64,000 nucleotides of DNA from Eledone cirrhosa (GCA_964016885.1 OZ024748.1:13888001-13952000); one strand, 5' to 3'; shown: positions 31,545-44,442, counted from the stretch's first letter. The notes: generated by a model from the sequence alone, not told the origin. Translations and numbers: made by a program.

Positions 31545-32798
31545 TTATATATATATATACAAACACACACAAACATATAGAGTGTCTTGTAGTAGTGTTG
31601 TAAAATACTGTGATGTTTTGCTTTCTCTCTAAGAATTTCTATTAATTCTTTTTTTTTTTCAGAATTGTTATTTTATTCTTTTACTGGTTTCATTTCTCAG
31701 TCTGTGGTCATGAAGGCTTTTCCTGTAACACATTGATTCCACGCCGTTTCTGTCAACCCTATTTCATTCTACAAGGCTCTGCTTGTAGTTAGATAATTAC
31801 TAGCTCAGTGTGATATGTAGTATGACTAAACTCGAAACCGTGGGATTGTGCAGAGGAGTCATAGCCCACACATCCATGTGTTTTATTTAGTATTTTTGAT
31901 GTTTCGAATCGTAGATTCTTTGTTGTTTTCTTTGCTGTTTTCTCTATTGAGGTTTGAGTTAATCCAATGATAGATTATCGATACGACAGAAACCTAACCC
32001 CCCCCCCCCCCCCCGAAAAAAAGTAAATAATTAAATATATAAATAAAAACAAATAAATAGATAAATAAATAAATAAATAAATAAAAACAAATAAATAGAT
32101 AAATAAATAAATAAATAAAAACAAATAAATAGATAAATAAATAAATGATAAAAAATGAAAAGAAAAATTAAAACGAAACTTTCTCCGTAAATAAACAAAT
32201 TAATAATCCCTAGAAGGCTGCCTGAGAAAAATAGGTTAATGTTTAATGTTCGAACAAATAAACACCAAAATAGAACAACACTTGATAAACGGTTGTAATT
32301 ACTATTAATATGATGTTTACTAGTATGTTCTTTTTTATTTGCTATATTGAAGACAATAAAAACAAAATGACGATATATAAATGGATGCATACATGAATTC
32401 CAGATTGATAATATTTTCTATATTTTTTTGTTTTTAAATCACTTTGAACGCATTGAAAAATAAATGAAAGTGTTTGAGAGCTTATCAGAGAAGACAAAGT
32501 AATTATTCTATAATTTTAAAAGAATAATCCAGAAGTTGAATAAAAGACGCAAAGATTAAAGAAATCATATTTAAAGTGTAAACATTATTTCATAGCACAA
32601 AAGAAAATATGTTATATACTAATAGAAAATTAAACAAATGCAGATAACATGTTGAAAGAACCACACGGAAAGATAGAGGAAAACACTCATATATATATAT
32701 ATGCACAAACATGCAGATAGATAATATGTAGGGTAAAAAATATATATATGTGTGTGAGTGGATGAGTGTGTGTTTATATGTATATATTTTTATGTATG

Positions 32799-32876
<78 letters not shown>

Positions 32877-33344
32877 AGTGTGTGTGTGTGTATGAAAGGT
32901 ATGTATTTATACATAAAGTAAGCATCGCGAGTTGTACATGAATAAAATAACTTACGCAGTAATATATGCAATTCACATATATCTACATACACAAGCACAA
33001 CCCACACTTACAGGCACATATATATACAAATATATATGTTTATGTGTGTCTGTGTGTATAAAAATATAGACATTATATGTTTTTGCTACTTAATCTTCAA
33101 TATCTAGATCCATTTAATTATGTATATATTTATTATTGAAATATCGATAAGTTAAATTTGAAAAGAACGGAAAATTGGGCGACATTGCTATTTTTCCTGT
33201 TGCTCATAGCTAAAAACTTTGTCTTCGGTTACGAGAAGAATTCAAATATATTTAATAAAGATTAAGGCATTTCTTGAATAAATTTCACTTTCATTCCATG
33301 ATAAAGCGAGAGAATGAACAAGAGAAAAAACAGTTATATATGCA

Positions 33345-33407
<63 letters not shown>

Positions 33408-33538
33408 CTATCTATATCTATATATCTATATATCTATATCTATATATATATATATCTATATATATATCTATATATATATATATATATATCTATATCTATA
33501 TCTATATATATATCTATATCTATATATATATCTATATC

Positions 33539-33574
<36 letters not shown>

Positions 33575-33600
33575 TGTATGTATGTATGTATGTATGTATG

Positions 33601-33653
<53 letters not shown>

Positions 33654-34009
33654 TGAGAGCGACTGTGTGTGTGTATGTGTTGAGACTTATTGTTTGTCAT
33701 TCAGATAGCACGACTGATTGTTTTGGCTGCCGGCGAAATTTTATCAGCTTCAATAAAGGTTCCTACATGTAATTAATATTAATAATAATAATAATATTGA
33801 TTTTAATAATAATGATAATAACATAAGTAGATAGGAATATATGTTGTGCGTATATATCTATCTATCTCTCTATATATATATAGATATATATACAATAATT
33901 TTATACGTTTGTTACATTCAGACACATTCACTCACACACACGATTGCTTAAACGGGTTTATAATATATATATATACTGTATATATACACACAAGTGCGTG
34001 TGTATGTCA

Positions 34010-34145
<136 letters not shown>

Positions 34146-34846
34146 GAGAACGAGAGTGTGTATGAGTGTATAAAATGTTTATATAACAATTTCATTCATG
34201 TTTTGTTTCTTATGTGTAAGTAAATATTTTCAAAATGAACTATATTATAGACATTTCTATAAATCTCCCCTGCTACTTTGCCAAACATCATGTCGATAGT
34301 GGTGATAATGCTGGTTTTGATGATGGTTTTGATGATGGTGGGAATGGTGATGGCGGTGATAATGATGGTGGTCGTCTTTTTGGTGATGATGTTGGAGATG
34401 TACGTGATGGTGGTGTTAGTGATGATACTGGAGGTGGTGGTGGCGGTATCCGTTGTGGTCGTGGTTGTGATTATGGAACAATTATTTTTGCAAGCAATCC
34501 CTGAGTCAAATTTTTCAATTTCCTATTCACTTTTCCCTGTCATATATTATAGGTTTTGGGTTAAATATAACCGTTATGTAATTCTATCAAAGTTACCCGA
34601 TACGATCTTCTTGTTTTGCAACATAATTGGATGGTGGAGCAGGACCATTGAAATATTAATAGTGATTTCACGCAAATAAAATTTTACAGCATATCTTACA
34701 GTCCGGCCTCTGGTGCCGTTTTATAAATACTTTACTCCATTTCTCTACCAAACACTGGATACCACATCTACGATAGATGACTCGCATAATGCTGTATGCA
34801 TTGATTAATTCGTTACATGTTGATATACCCACAAGAACCTCTACTT

Positions 34847-34892
<46 letters not shown>

Positions 34893-34896
<4 letters not shown>

Positions 34897-35010
34897 TTCT
34901 ACAGGACTAGAACTGTTTCATTCGGGAGAAATGAAAATCATTTATACACTGCTACGTATTGAATACCTTACTTACTGCGGTTAAACCCGATTGAACCCGG
35001 AATAAATTAT
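34893..35010. mobile_element. Fragment of the same family, inverted at stem II
   Basis: ctacaggactagaactgtttcattcgggagaaatgaaa followed by the family tail. Confidence 0.7.
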
Positions 35011-35179
35011 ATATATATATATTTTTTCTTTTTTCTAGTATATGTTGGTTGTATACCAACACCCCGGTATGCAGATTGGAGCACTCGACGAAGTGCGCAG
35101 GTTGGTTTGATTACTCCGGAGTAATGTAAAATAAACTAAAATAAATAAGTCAATTATTTAAAATTTGCCTTCGTTTATT

Positions 35180-35234
35180 ACTGCTATATATATTTCGGTG
35201 ACACCCATCTTTGGCTTTGACCTCTTCAGGCAGT
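35180..35234 (-). ncRNA. Type I hammerhead ribozyme (left arm)
   Basis: actgc-CTGAAGA-ggt...acc-GAAA-tatata-TA-gcagt. Confidence 0.82.
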
Positions 35235-35439
35235 CCGAATTAGTGAGGTAGAGACGAGTACACATGTTGTTGAGGTGTTTATCTTTGTCAATACTCTGAT
35301 ATGCCCAGTTCCTGGTTGGGTTGTTATTTCACTGAGGAACAGTGAAATAACAACCCAACCAGGAACTGGGCATATCAGAGTATTGACAAAGATAAACACC
35401 TCAACAACCTGTGTACTCGTCTCTACTACACTAATTCGG

Positions 35440-35494
35440 ACTGCCTGAAGAGGTCAAAGCCAGAGATGGATGTCACCGAAATATATATAGCAGT
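35440..35494 (+). ncRNA. Type I hammerhead ribozyme (right arm)
   Basis: actgc-CTGAAGA-ggtcaaagccagagatggatgtcacc-GAAA-tatata-TA-gcagt, followed by AATAAA. Confidence 0.82.
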
Positions 35495-36040
35495 AATAAA
35501 CGAAGCCAAATTTTAAATATCTGAGTTATTTATTTTAGTTTATTTTATATATATATATATATATATATTTGGAAACACACAGATACATTGTGTCCGCATG
35601 TATCTGTGTGTTTCCAAATATATTAATAACTCCCTCTGGTCGAGCAATCTTTGAAGTGTGGGGACAACTGGAAAGCTTCCATTACTCATACTTCTCGCCT
35701 TCTTCACTACCTCTTCTACGGCCTCGATATGAATACCCCCTCCGCCTCCGTGGTATTTTCTTCGTGGTTATAGGAGGCTTAGCTCTGTTTCTCGACCGTT
35801 ATATCGCGTGACTATCTCCCCCTCCGCCTTTTGGGATTCTTTCTCACGTCGTGTAGACGCGTTCTTGAGACTAGTAAAATGAGGTATCCTCTTGATAAGT
35901 CGGCAGACCTCGCAAGGACTCTATATCTTTGATATATTGTTTTTGTTTATGCCACGAAACTACGTAGTCGAGGAATTTAGGAACAGTTTAGGTATGATAC
36001 ATTTTATTACTAATTATATCTAAATGTTTCTTCTCTCTTC

Positions 36041-36085
<45 letters not shown>

Positions 36086-36231
36086 GCTTTGAAACAGCCA
36101 GCGAGTTTGAAATGAGAAATAGAAGCTTTCGTCGTATTCTTGACTAAAGCAAATTTAACCTGAAGTGTGGTTTAGAACCCGCCGAGAAATGGAACAAGAT
36201 GAGTATCAACGTACGTGTGTCTGTATGTATG

Positions 36232-36277
<46 letters not shown>

Positions 36278-36617
36278 TGTATGTGTGTATGTATATATTA
36301 TATATATATATGCACATATATATATTTATATATATGTCTATATAAATGTGTGTGTATTTTTACTCTAATAAAAACAACAAATTCGATCATGTAACTTGTC
36401 TAGAGGAAATCAATTATATATGTGTTGCAATTAATCGACTTAATTACTTATGTGATCGATAGTTTTACTTCTTAATAAAATAATGAAATAAATCAACATT
36501 CATCAGGTACAATGCTTTACCTTAATGTTCATGTTGTTCTTGTTATCATCATCACATTCATCAACATCATCATCATTAGTAATATTGTTTTTGTTGATGT
36601 TTTTGTTACTATTATTG

Positions 36618-36657
<40 letters not shown>

Positions 36658-36751
36658 CAACTTCATCATCATCATCATCATCATCATTGTGATTAATATT
36701 GTTTTTGTTATTGATGATATTACTGCTGTTGTTGTTCATGTTATCATTATA

Positions 36752-37115
36752 ATGTTTCGCAGCATAGAGTTACGGCTCTTTACTTTCTTAGTTCTAATTC
36801 CGCCGAGGTTAACTTTGCCTTTCATCATTACGGGGTCGATGTAATAAAGTACCAGTAATGCACTGGGTTCGACTTAATCGACTTTCCACTCCTCCAAAAT
36901 TGCTGGCCTTGTGCCTATATAAGAAACCATTATTATGCTTCGCAGTATAGAGTTACAGCTCTTTACCTTCTCAGGTCCTATCACGCCGAAGTTAACTTTG
37001 CCTTTCATCCTTACGGGGTCGTTGAAATAAAGTACCAGTAACGCACTGGTGTAATTTAATCGACTTTCTCCTCTCCTTAAAATTGCTGGCCTTGTGCCTA
37101 TAGTTGAAATCATTA
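36752..37115 (+). mobile_element. Two tandem 5'-truncated SINE family 1 copies
   Basis: Family body occurs twice, ending about 80 bp before the GPCR splice acceptor. Confidence 0.85.
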
Positions 37116-37196
37116 TCATCATTATCATTGTTGTTGTTACTGTTATTTTTATTATTATTATAAACCTTATATTTTATTTTATTTTATCTATTTCAG

Positions 37197-38313
37197 GCTC
37201 TGAATCTTCTAATAAAAATTCAACACTCTGCTACACTCCTAGGAATATGTTATCTGTTCTGGAAATATACGAGAGTCTGCCATCATGGCCGTTTCTCATG
37301 TTGTTTATACTTTACATCTGTGTAGCCGTGACAGGAAACGTAGCTGTTATCATTGTTGTCGCATCCCGGAAGTATATGAGAACTCCAGCCAATCTATATA
37401 TATCTTCGTTGTCTTTCGCCGATCTTATAATTGCTCTTGTGGTTATTGGCAACACTGCAAAGAGCTTCAGTAAAATATATTTAGAATACAGCATTTACCG
37501 ATGCGTGTTAGTTCCCTATTTCGAAGTGGTGGCCATATCCGCCAGTGTGTTGTCACTGATGGCCATCACCGTTGATCGGTACCAAGCTGTCTTACAAAAG
37601 CGAGTTAGTAAAACGCCTCTAAAGTTCGCTGCCAAAATTGTCGGCCTCGTTTGGCTTTCGGCTGTGCTCTACGGTCTGCGAGTTATTCCACAATTCTACA
37701 GCAAGCTGAAATCTTCAGACGATGTTGATCCTCAGAACAGTTCCAGCTCCCATCCGCCGAAAGAGAGCAGCAATTCCAGGGATGATTCGTCCTCCGACCA
37801 CAACGGGAACACTTCTGGAATCCATCGATGGTCATGTGATTTTTTTATGGAAGAAGACGATACGGATATGGTTTTCCGGTTTTTCGATTTTCTAGTACTC
37901 TTCGTGTGCCTTTTATTGCAATGATCGTTATGTACGGCCGGATAATATCTACGTTGTGGCGGAAGAAAATACCAGTAGGTACTGGACTTCGAAGAAAACG
38001 AAGAGTTGCTAAAATGCTTCTTATTAGCGTTCTTGTCTTCATGATCTGCTGGGTTCCGTTTTATGTACAGGAATTCGTTGGTGACGGTATGATAATGACT
38101 GGCAAACATGTGGACAGAAATGTATTGGCAGCATTCCGAATTATATTCATTCTAGTTTCATTTGCCAACTGCTGCCTGAATCCGGTTATTTACGCCTATT
38201 ATAACAACAATTTTCGATACGAGTTGAAGTATATGATTAGACAGAAGAATAAAGATCAGAGGCATAAACACACCTTTCAAGTAACGCCGACAAGCAGTAG
38301 AAACGGCATATGA
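37197..38313 (+). CDS. Rhodopsin-like (class A) GPCR, neuropeptide-receptor-like; one large exon with a 1-nt frameshift near 37906
   Basis: TM1 GN, MRTPANLYISSLSFADL, TM3 C..VDRY, TM4 W, TM5 P..Y, TM6 FMICWVPF, TM7 NCCLNPVIY, NNNFR; polypyrimidine tract and tttcag acceptor at 37196; possible ATG at 37247; ORFs 37094-37924 and 37906-38313 join in TM5. Confidence 0.9.
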
Positions 38314-38652
38314 AAAACATGGGCGACTTGAAATAACTTTAACATGACAGACATATATATAAACACACACTCATTTACAAAATGGCCGTTTGCATAAGAT
38401 TTGTTTATCCAAATAGATATATTGATTTCTTACAAAAATGTTTGTTTTATGTGTTGGTGTAAGGACGTCTTAATGTGTGTGTGAGAGAGGGAGAGAGAGT
38501 GAGGGGGAGAGGGAGAGGGAGAGAGTGAGAGAGAGAGAGAAAGTGAGAGAGAGAGAAAGAGAGAAAGAGAGGGAGAGAGAGAGAGAGATATTGATAGATA
38601 ATGTAGATGAATTTGTTTGACTAGGCTCTCGTATACACATAAAAAACAAAAC

Positions 38653-38685
<33 letters not shown>

Positions 38686-39082
38686 CCAGCATAGTAACCT
38701 GACATCGTATGCCATTACACCTGACAAATATTCATGGGTAGAAAATAAAACATAGATGAGAAAAGCGAGAAACGTGAAAGAAGCAATCCTATATTTAACT
38801 ACCTGGACTGTGCAAACATGGGTTAACTAAACTGAAATTCTTGTATTTATGACGCGGAAGTACTGTCGCTGAAGATACAATGAAAGTTGGTGGAAGAAAC
38901 ATGGATTGTTTAGTTTTATTATTATTATTATGATTATTATTATTTTCTTGCTATGTTTTTCTCTGTCAGTGTTACAAACTATTCTGTCAACATATCTAAC
39001 AACTGCGTTGTGTATGTAAAAAGTGTGCAGGTGAATGTAGACACGAATATATAAACACACACACATTATAGATATATATATA

Positions 39083-39250
39083 TAGGAAAAAAGTCAGGAC
39101 CTCGACTCACTAGTTCGGATCTAGCTGTGGTAACGGCAGGAGCTCAGCCGTCGGGACCCTGACTCTTTTCCTATTACTCACTCTACTACCTTAAGTATCG
39201 AGTACTCTGGTGCGTTATGGTCCACCTGGTAACTTACCACACATTCTTTG

Positions 39251-39253
<3 letters not shown>
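39083..39253 (+). mobile_element. Fold-back HHR-half element (family of 42958-43150)
   Basis: aggaaaaaagtcagg.. / ..cctgactcttttcct inverted, followed by the tail ctactaccttaagtatcgagtactc. Confidence 0.7.
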
Positions 39254-39291
<38 letters not shown>

Positions 39292-39336
39292 GATATTTAT
39301 ACACTCACGCGTGTGTATATATGTATATATATATAT

Positions 39337-39478
39337 AGTACGTTATTCCAGGTTGAATCGGAGGTAACCACAGTAAGTAAGGTACTCAATACATTGCAGA
39401 GTATAAAAGTTTTAATATAGATGAGATTCTACAGGACTAGAACTGTTTCATTCCTTAGAAATCATCAGGAATCTCCTA
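39337..39478 (-). mobile_element. Compact HHR element (ribozyme plus about 90-nt tail) in TA repeat
   Basis: Homologous to the copies at 11032, 31240 and 34893. Confidence 0.8.
39423..39475 (-). ncRNA. Type I hammerhead ribozyme with a true stem III loop
   Basis: gagattc-CTGATGA-tttc-taag-gaat-GAAA-cag-ttctagtc-ctg-TA-gaatctc; perfect 7-bp stem I, GUA triplet. Confidence 0.9.
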
Positions 39479-39481
39479 TAT

Positions 39482-39677
39482 ATGTAAGCGCTGACTGAAA
39501 AGTTCATAGGCTGACTAAGATACTCTCATGGAACGACCAAATGAGGTTTATTTTTTAACAGTCCCTGGAAAGAAACAAGACAGCTATTAAGAGTGGAAAT
39601 TAATGCATGCAAGAGATCAAAACTCAAACATGACTCCTTCATAAATAGCCCATGAACTTTTCAGCCAACCTTCGTGT
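39482..39677. mobile_element. Mariner-like MITE
   Basis: Terminal inverted repeats gctgactgaaaagttcataggct / agcccatgaacttttcagccaacc in a TA context. Confidence 0.65.
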
Positions 39678-39684
39678 ATGAGTG

Positions 39685-39717
<33 letters not shown>

Positions 39718-39737
39718 ATGTGTGTACGTATGTGTAT

Positions 39738-39815
<78 letters not shown>

Positions 39816-40164
39816 CCTGTGTATGTGTGATTATATGTACATATATTCATATACACGCATAGATGTTTACATACGCATACTTATAAATGTGTGCGTGTGT
39901 GTGTGTGTCTGTGAGAGAGTGTCTGTGTGTCCGTGAGAGAGTGTATGTGTGTGTGTCTATATGTATGTGAGTGATTAGGTTTCTGTGTACCAATGTCTAT
40001 ATTATGTGATTATATTTCACTGTGATGTACGGTCTACTTGTTCTGACAATCAAATGAATATTTTATTAATTATTTTGACCTAGGCTTCTATCATGGTGAT
40101 GTACATTGTAAAGAATGCACACATGCCTATAATTATTCAGCTATATATATTTTTTTTATATATT

Positions 40165-40208
<44 letters not shown>

Positions 40209-40210
<2 letters not shown>

Positions 40211-40428
40211 GGAGAAAGTATGACCCCGACGGCAGAGCTCAAACCGTTTCGACAGCTATTTCTAGACCAAAAAAAAAACTCTTACTTTAGACCAGAAATT
40301 GACGTCGGAACGGCTTGAGCTCTGCCGTCTGGGTCATGCTTTCTCCTATTAGCCACTCTACTACCCTAAGTATTGAGTACTCTGGTTCGTTATGGTCCAT
40401 CTGGTTCTTTGCCACAATTCCATCGTTA
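40209..40428 (+). mobile_element. Fold-back HHR-half element with tail
   Basis: Homologous to 42958-43150. Confidence 0.8.
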
Positions 40429-40466
40429 TATATATATATATATATGTGTGTGTATGTGTGTATATA

Positions 40467-40498
<32 letters not shown>

Positions 40499-40940
40499 CA
40501 TACATACATTTATATATACATATATATATAAATAAATATATAGAAAGATTTGAATGGATACAGTTTAGTTGAAAGGAATTTATTGACACGTGTTTCTATA
40601 ACAGTTACATAACCTAAAACAGCTATCTACAAATATATATGTATGTATATGTACGTATATATATATACACACACATATATATATATATCTATATATATAT
40701 ATATAAATATATACATACACACACATATCATATATATATATATGTATGTATATATGGATATATGTATAGAAGGTTTTGTTCTAGTGATCTTAGTAGCTCA
40801 CAAAGGAGAAAAAAAATTCAATATTTATAATAGATAACATATATTAGTTTATGTATTCCGTTCTTCATAAAATTGCTACGCCGTTTCAGGAAAACGTGTG
40901 TGTTTTAAGCAAAACTCTTCACACTCGCACTATATATATA

Positions 40941-40970
<30 letters not shown>

Positions 40971-40971
<1 letters not shown>

Positions 40972-41142
40972 TTCGTTTCTGTGTGACGAAAGAACTATGA
41001 CTATATATAAACAACTATCTGGTTGTTGAACCAACCAACCAACCAGAAATTTATAAATTTATAAATATATAATACATTGAAGTGAAACAACTGGTGCGTG
41101 TGTTTCTTATTGGCAACATGACCCTCCCAAAGTATAACAATA
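40971..41142 (+). mobile_element. 3' end fragment of the Penelope family at 8470-9562
   Basis: tgtgac-GAAA-gaac-TA-tga (3' half of the HHR) and terminus atgaccctcccaaagtataacaat matching 9540-9563. Confidence 0.7.
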
Positions 41143-41154
41143 TATATATATATC

Positions 41155-41378
41155 GTAATAATAATAAATGTGAAGGCTAAAATCCAAAGAGGACTCGATA
41201 AGGATAATATATATATATATCAAATATATAAAAACCAGAGAGCAAATATTTATGAAAATAACAGATTAAAGTTTAAGCAAAGTATCGCTGCTTTCACCCT
41301 AAACAGTATCTTCTGAAGATCCAGTTAAGGATGAAAGCACCGATTCTTAGCGTAAACTTTAATCTGCTAATTTAATAA

Positions 41379-41382
<4 letters not shown>
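41155..41382. mobile_element. HHR-like element folding back at the CTGAAGA core
   Basis: Arms 41245-41312 and 41314-41381; CTGAAGA-tcc-agttaa-gga-t-GAAA at 41313-41336. Confidence 0.7.
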
Positions 41383-41411
<29 letters not shown>

Positions 41412-41419
41412 TGTATGTA

Positions 41420-41610
41420 TTAGAATGAGACGGTGCACCACGGCTGATTTCTTGCCGTTGCAACAACTAATTCCAGATTATGGAACTACTTGTTGAAACG
41501 GCAAGAGCTCAGCTGTTGGGCTCCTACACTTTCTATTATAGTCACAATCTACTATCCCATGTATCGAGTTCCCTGTTGAATAATTATCTAACTAGTTTAA
41601 ACATTGTTTA
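41420..41610 (+). mobile_element. Diverged fold-back HHR-half element
   Basis: caacaact..acttgttGAAAcggcaagagctcagctgTTggg; tail ctactatcccatgtatcgagttccc. Confidence 0.6.
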
Positions 41611-41616
41611 GAAAAC

Positions 41617-41675
<59 letters not shown>

Positions 41676-41721
41676 GCGTACGGAATTTATTTTTCATGCC
41701 AAAGCATTTTTACTTTTAAAT

Positions 41722-41810
41722 TAAATAAAAATGGCGTAGACATTACAATACAACGGGAGGAAACATAATAGTACCACTGATGATGTCACAGATGTGTGAC
41801 AGACGAACTT

Positions 41811-41815
<5 letters not shown>
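41722..41815 (+). mobile_element. Penelope pLTR-like fragment homologous to 9270-9360, with a degenerate HHR
   Basis: aataaaaatggcgtagacat..caatacaac.ggaggaaa..CTGATGA-t-GTCACA-gatg-TGTGAC; GAAA lost. Confidence 0.8.
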
Positions 41816-41891
<76 letters not shown>

Positions 41892-42222
41892 TATCTATAT
41901 TTTTAACGAATAGTCAAGCAATGATGTACATTTTAGCAACCATTTAACGTGAAAACATTAATTAAAATATCTCCATCAAATCACTCTCTGCTATTTTAAA
42001 ACGAGCAACAATTGTGGGTAATATATAACATTAGATTGGCTTTTGCAGAAAAAGAAAAAAAACGGAATTGTTATGCTTGTTATACAATAACGCATATGTC
42101 TGCCTTATCCAGGTTGCACTGGAATTATACTGAAATTGCGTCGCCATTTAATATTGAGATACTAGATTTGCCTTACAATGAATTTGCAGGGAAATCAGTA
42201 TAAATCATCGATGAATATTATA

Positions 42223-42280
<58 letters not shown>

Positions 42281-42288
42281 ATGAATAT

Positions 42289-42322
<34 letters not shown>

Positions 42323-42631
42323 ATGAAAGTGTTGAAGTTTGCTTGAAGCATTGTGGAATGATAAAATAGTATTTTTGGAAGCCTCAACAATGCAGATGGG
42401 TAAATCTCCGGGAACAGAATCAGGTGGTAATGAGAGAGAGAAATGTAAGAGGAAGCGAAGAAAGAGACGTAGAGAACGTAAAGAAACGTGTAAAAAAAAA
42501 TAACACATTGGAAGTAATTTAGTAGTCACTATATTTCGGATTTCGCATCAATCAACTGGGGGTTGAAATATTGGGCCTATTAAATCACTTCCAATGTAAC
42601 TCTATAGCATGTCATTATTTTCACACTTTTC

Positions 42632-42768
42632 GTTACGTCCCTTTATGATCTGAGTTCAATTCCTGCCGAGGTTAACTTTGCCTTTCTTCCTTACGGGGTC
42701 GATAAAATAAAGTACCAGTAATGTACTGGGATAATTGCTGGCCTTGTGCCAAAAGTAGAAACAATTAT
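42632..42768 (+). mobile_element. SINE family 1 (5'-truncated) with probable TSD tttcacactttt
   Basis: attattttcacactttt occurs before (42614-42630) and after (42763-42780) the copy. Confidence 0.85.
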
Positions 42769-42905
42769 TTTCACACTTTTCCTACGTTATTTTAAGCTCT
42801 CTACATCTCTTTCTTCGCTTTCTCTTACACCTATCTCTCTCATTACCACCTCAACATGTTACCCGCCGATTTACCTATCTGCATTGTTCAGGCTTCGAAA
42901 ACGAC

Positions 42906-42957
<52 letters not shown>

Positions 42958-42960
<3 letters not shown>

Positions 42961-43150
42961 AAAACGTATGACCCCGACGGCAGAGCTTAACCCGTTTCGA
43001 CGGCTATTTCTAGTCCAGAAATAGCCGTCGAAACGGGTTAAGCTCTGCCGTCGGGGTCATACTTTTTCCTATTTCCCACTCTACTACCCTAAGTATTGAG
43101 TACTCTGGTGCGTTATGGTCCATTTGGTTCCTTACCACAATCCTTTGTTA
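42958..43150 (+). mobile_element. Fold-back HHR-half element with tail, between (TA)n tracts
   Basis: Arms 42958-43011 and 43017-43071; right arm reads gccgtc-GAAA-cgg...ccg-TC-ggggtc. Confidence 0.85.
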
Positions 43151-43175
43151 TATATATATATATATATATATATAT

Positions 43176-43337
43176 AGGAAAAGAGTCAGGACCCCGACGG
43201 CTGAGCTCCGTCCGTTTCAACAGCTAGATCTTAGTTCGGATCTAGCTCAGCCGTCGGGGTCGGTGCTGACACTAATCCTATCACCCTCTCTACTACCCTA
43301 AGTATCGACTACCTCTTTTCTTACCACTCTTTCTCTG

Positions 43338-43340
<3 letters not shown>
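43176..43340 (+). mobile_element. Related fold-back element
   Basis: gaccccgacggctgagct / agctcagccgtcggggtc, followed by the tail ctactaccctaagtatcga. Confidence 0.75.
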
Positions 43341-43400
<60 letters not shown>

Positions 43401-43772
43401 AATATTTGTTTCTCACTGCTCAGCAATATACCATGTTACATTAAACATGGAAACAACTACGATGTATTCATTCCACAACTGACTTTCTTCTTCCTACCAA
43501 ATGGATTACTATCAATAATACAATTGAATAATTATATTGAAATATCGCTGCATCACTAGGATACTATTGTTAAAGATCAATTGAGGTCTATAAAGTTGTA
43601 TGCATCTTTCCCAATAAATTCCTTATTCCAAATCACGACAGTGTTGTATTCTATTTTATATCAATCTATACCTGAAGACATTCTCTATCAATGCCTACTT
43701 GAAACCAATTGAATGCTGATCGGCGTTTGTTTGGTTTAAAGAAACATCTACAGCACACACACACTTTATATA

Positions 43773-44224
<452 letters not shown>

Positions 44225-44276
44225 TATATATATATGTGTATATATATACATATATATATACATACATACATATATC

Positions 44277-44442
44277 TGATGGCTACCCCCTCGTTATCGA
44301 GGTTGGCCATTGTACGAGATAACATCATGAATAATTACCAATTAATGCCAGCGTTCAATGCCTGTGCGTGAAGATTATTTTATAGTGAGGAAAGACTGTG
44401 CACCGAGCCAATCCCCACTCACTGAGCGACCGTAGCTATAAC
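44277..44442. repeat. Interspersed repeat; diverged inverted copy at 49432-49594
   Basis: gatggct.ccccctcg.tatc.ag...gtgaggaaagac.g.cac.gagccaatccccactc..gtagctataac is shared. Confidence 0.7.

Larger units (their letters stand above)
35040..35548. mobile_element. HHR element as a near-perfect hairpin of about 420 bp
   Basis: Arms about 35125-35334 and 35340-35548, 5-nt loop; homologous to 46636-47050. Confidence 0.88.

Noticed and set aside
35125-35548. All long palindromes as assembly fold-back artefacts
   Set aside because: Arms carry several substitutions or indels, and the same families recur elsewhere with different breakpoints; an artefact cannot be fully excluded for the most perfect ones
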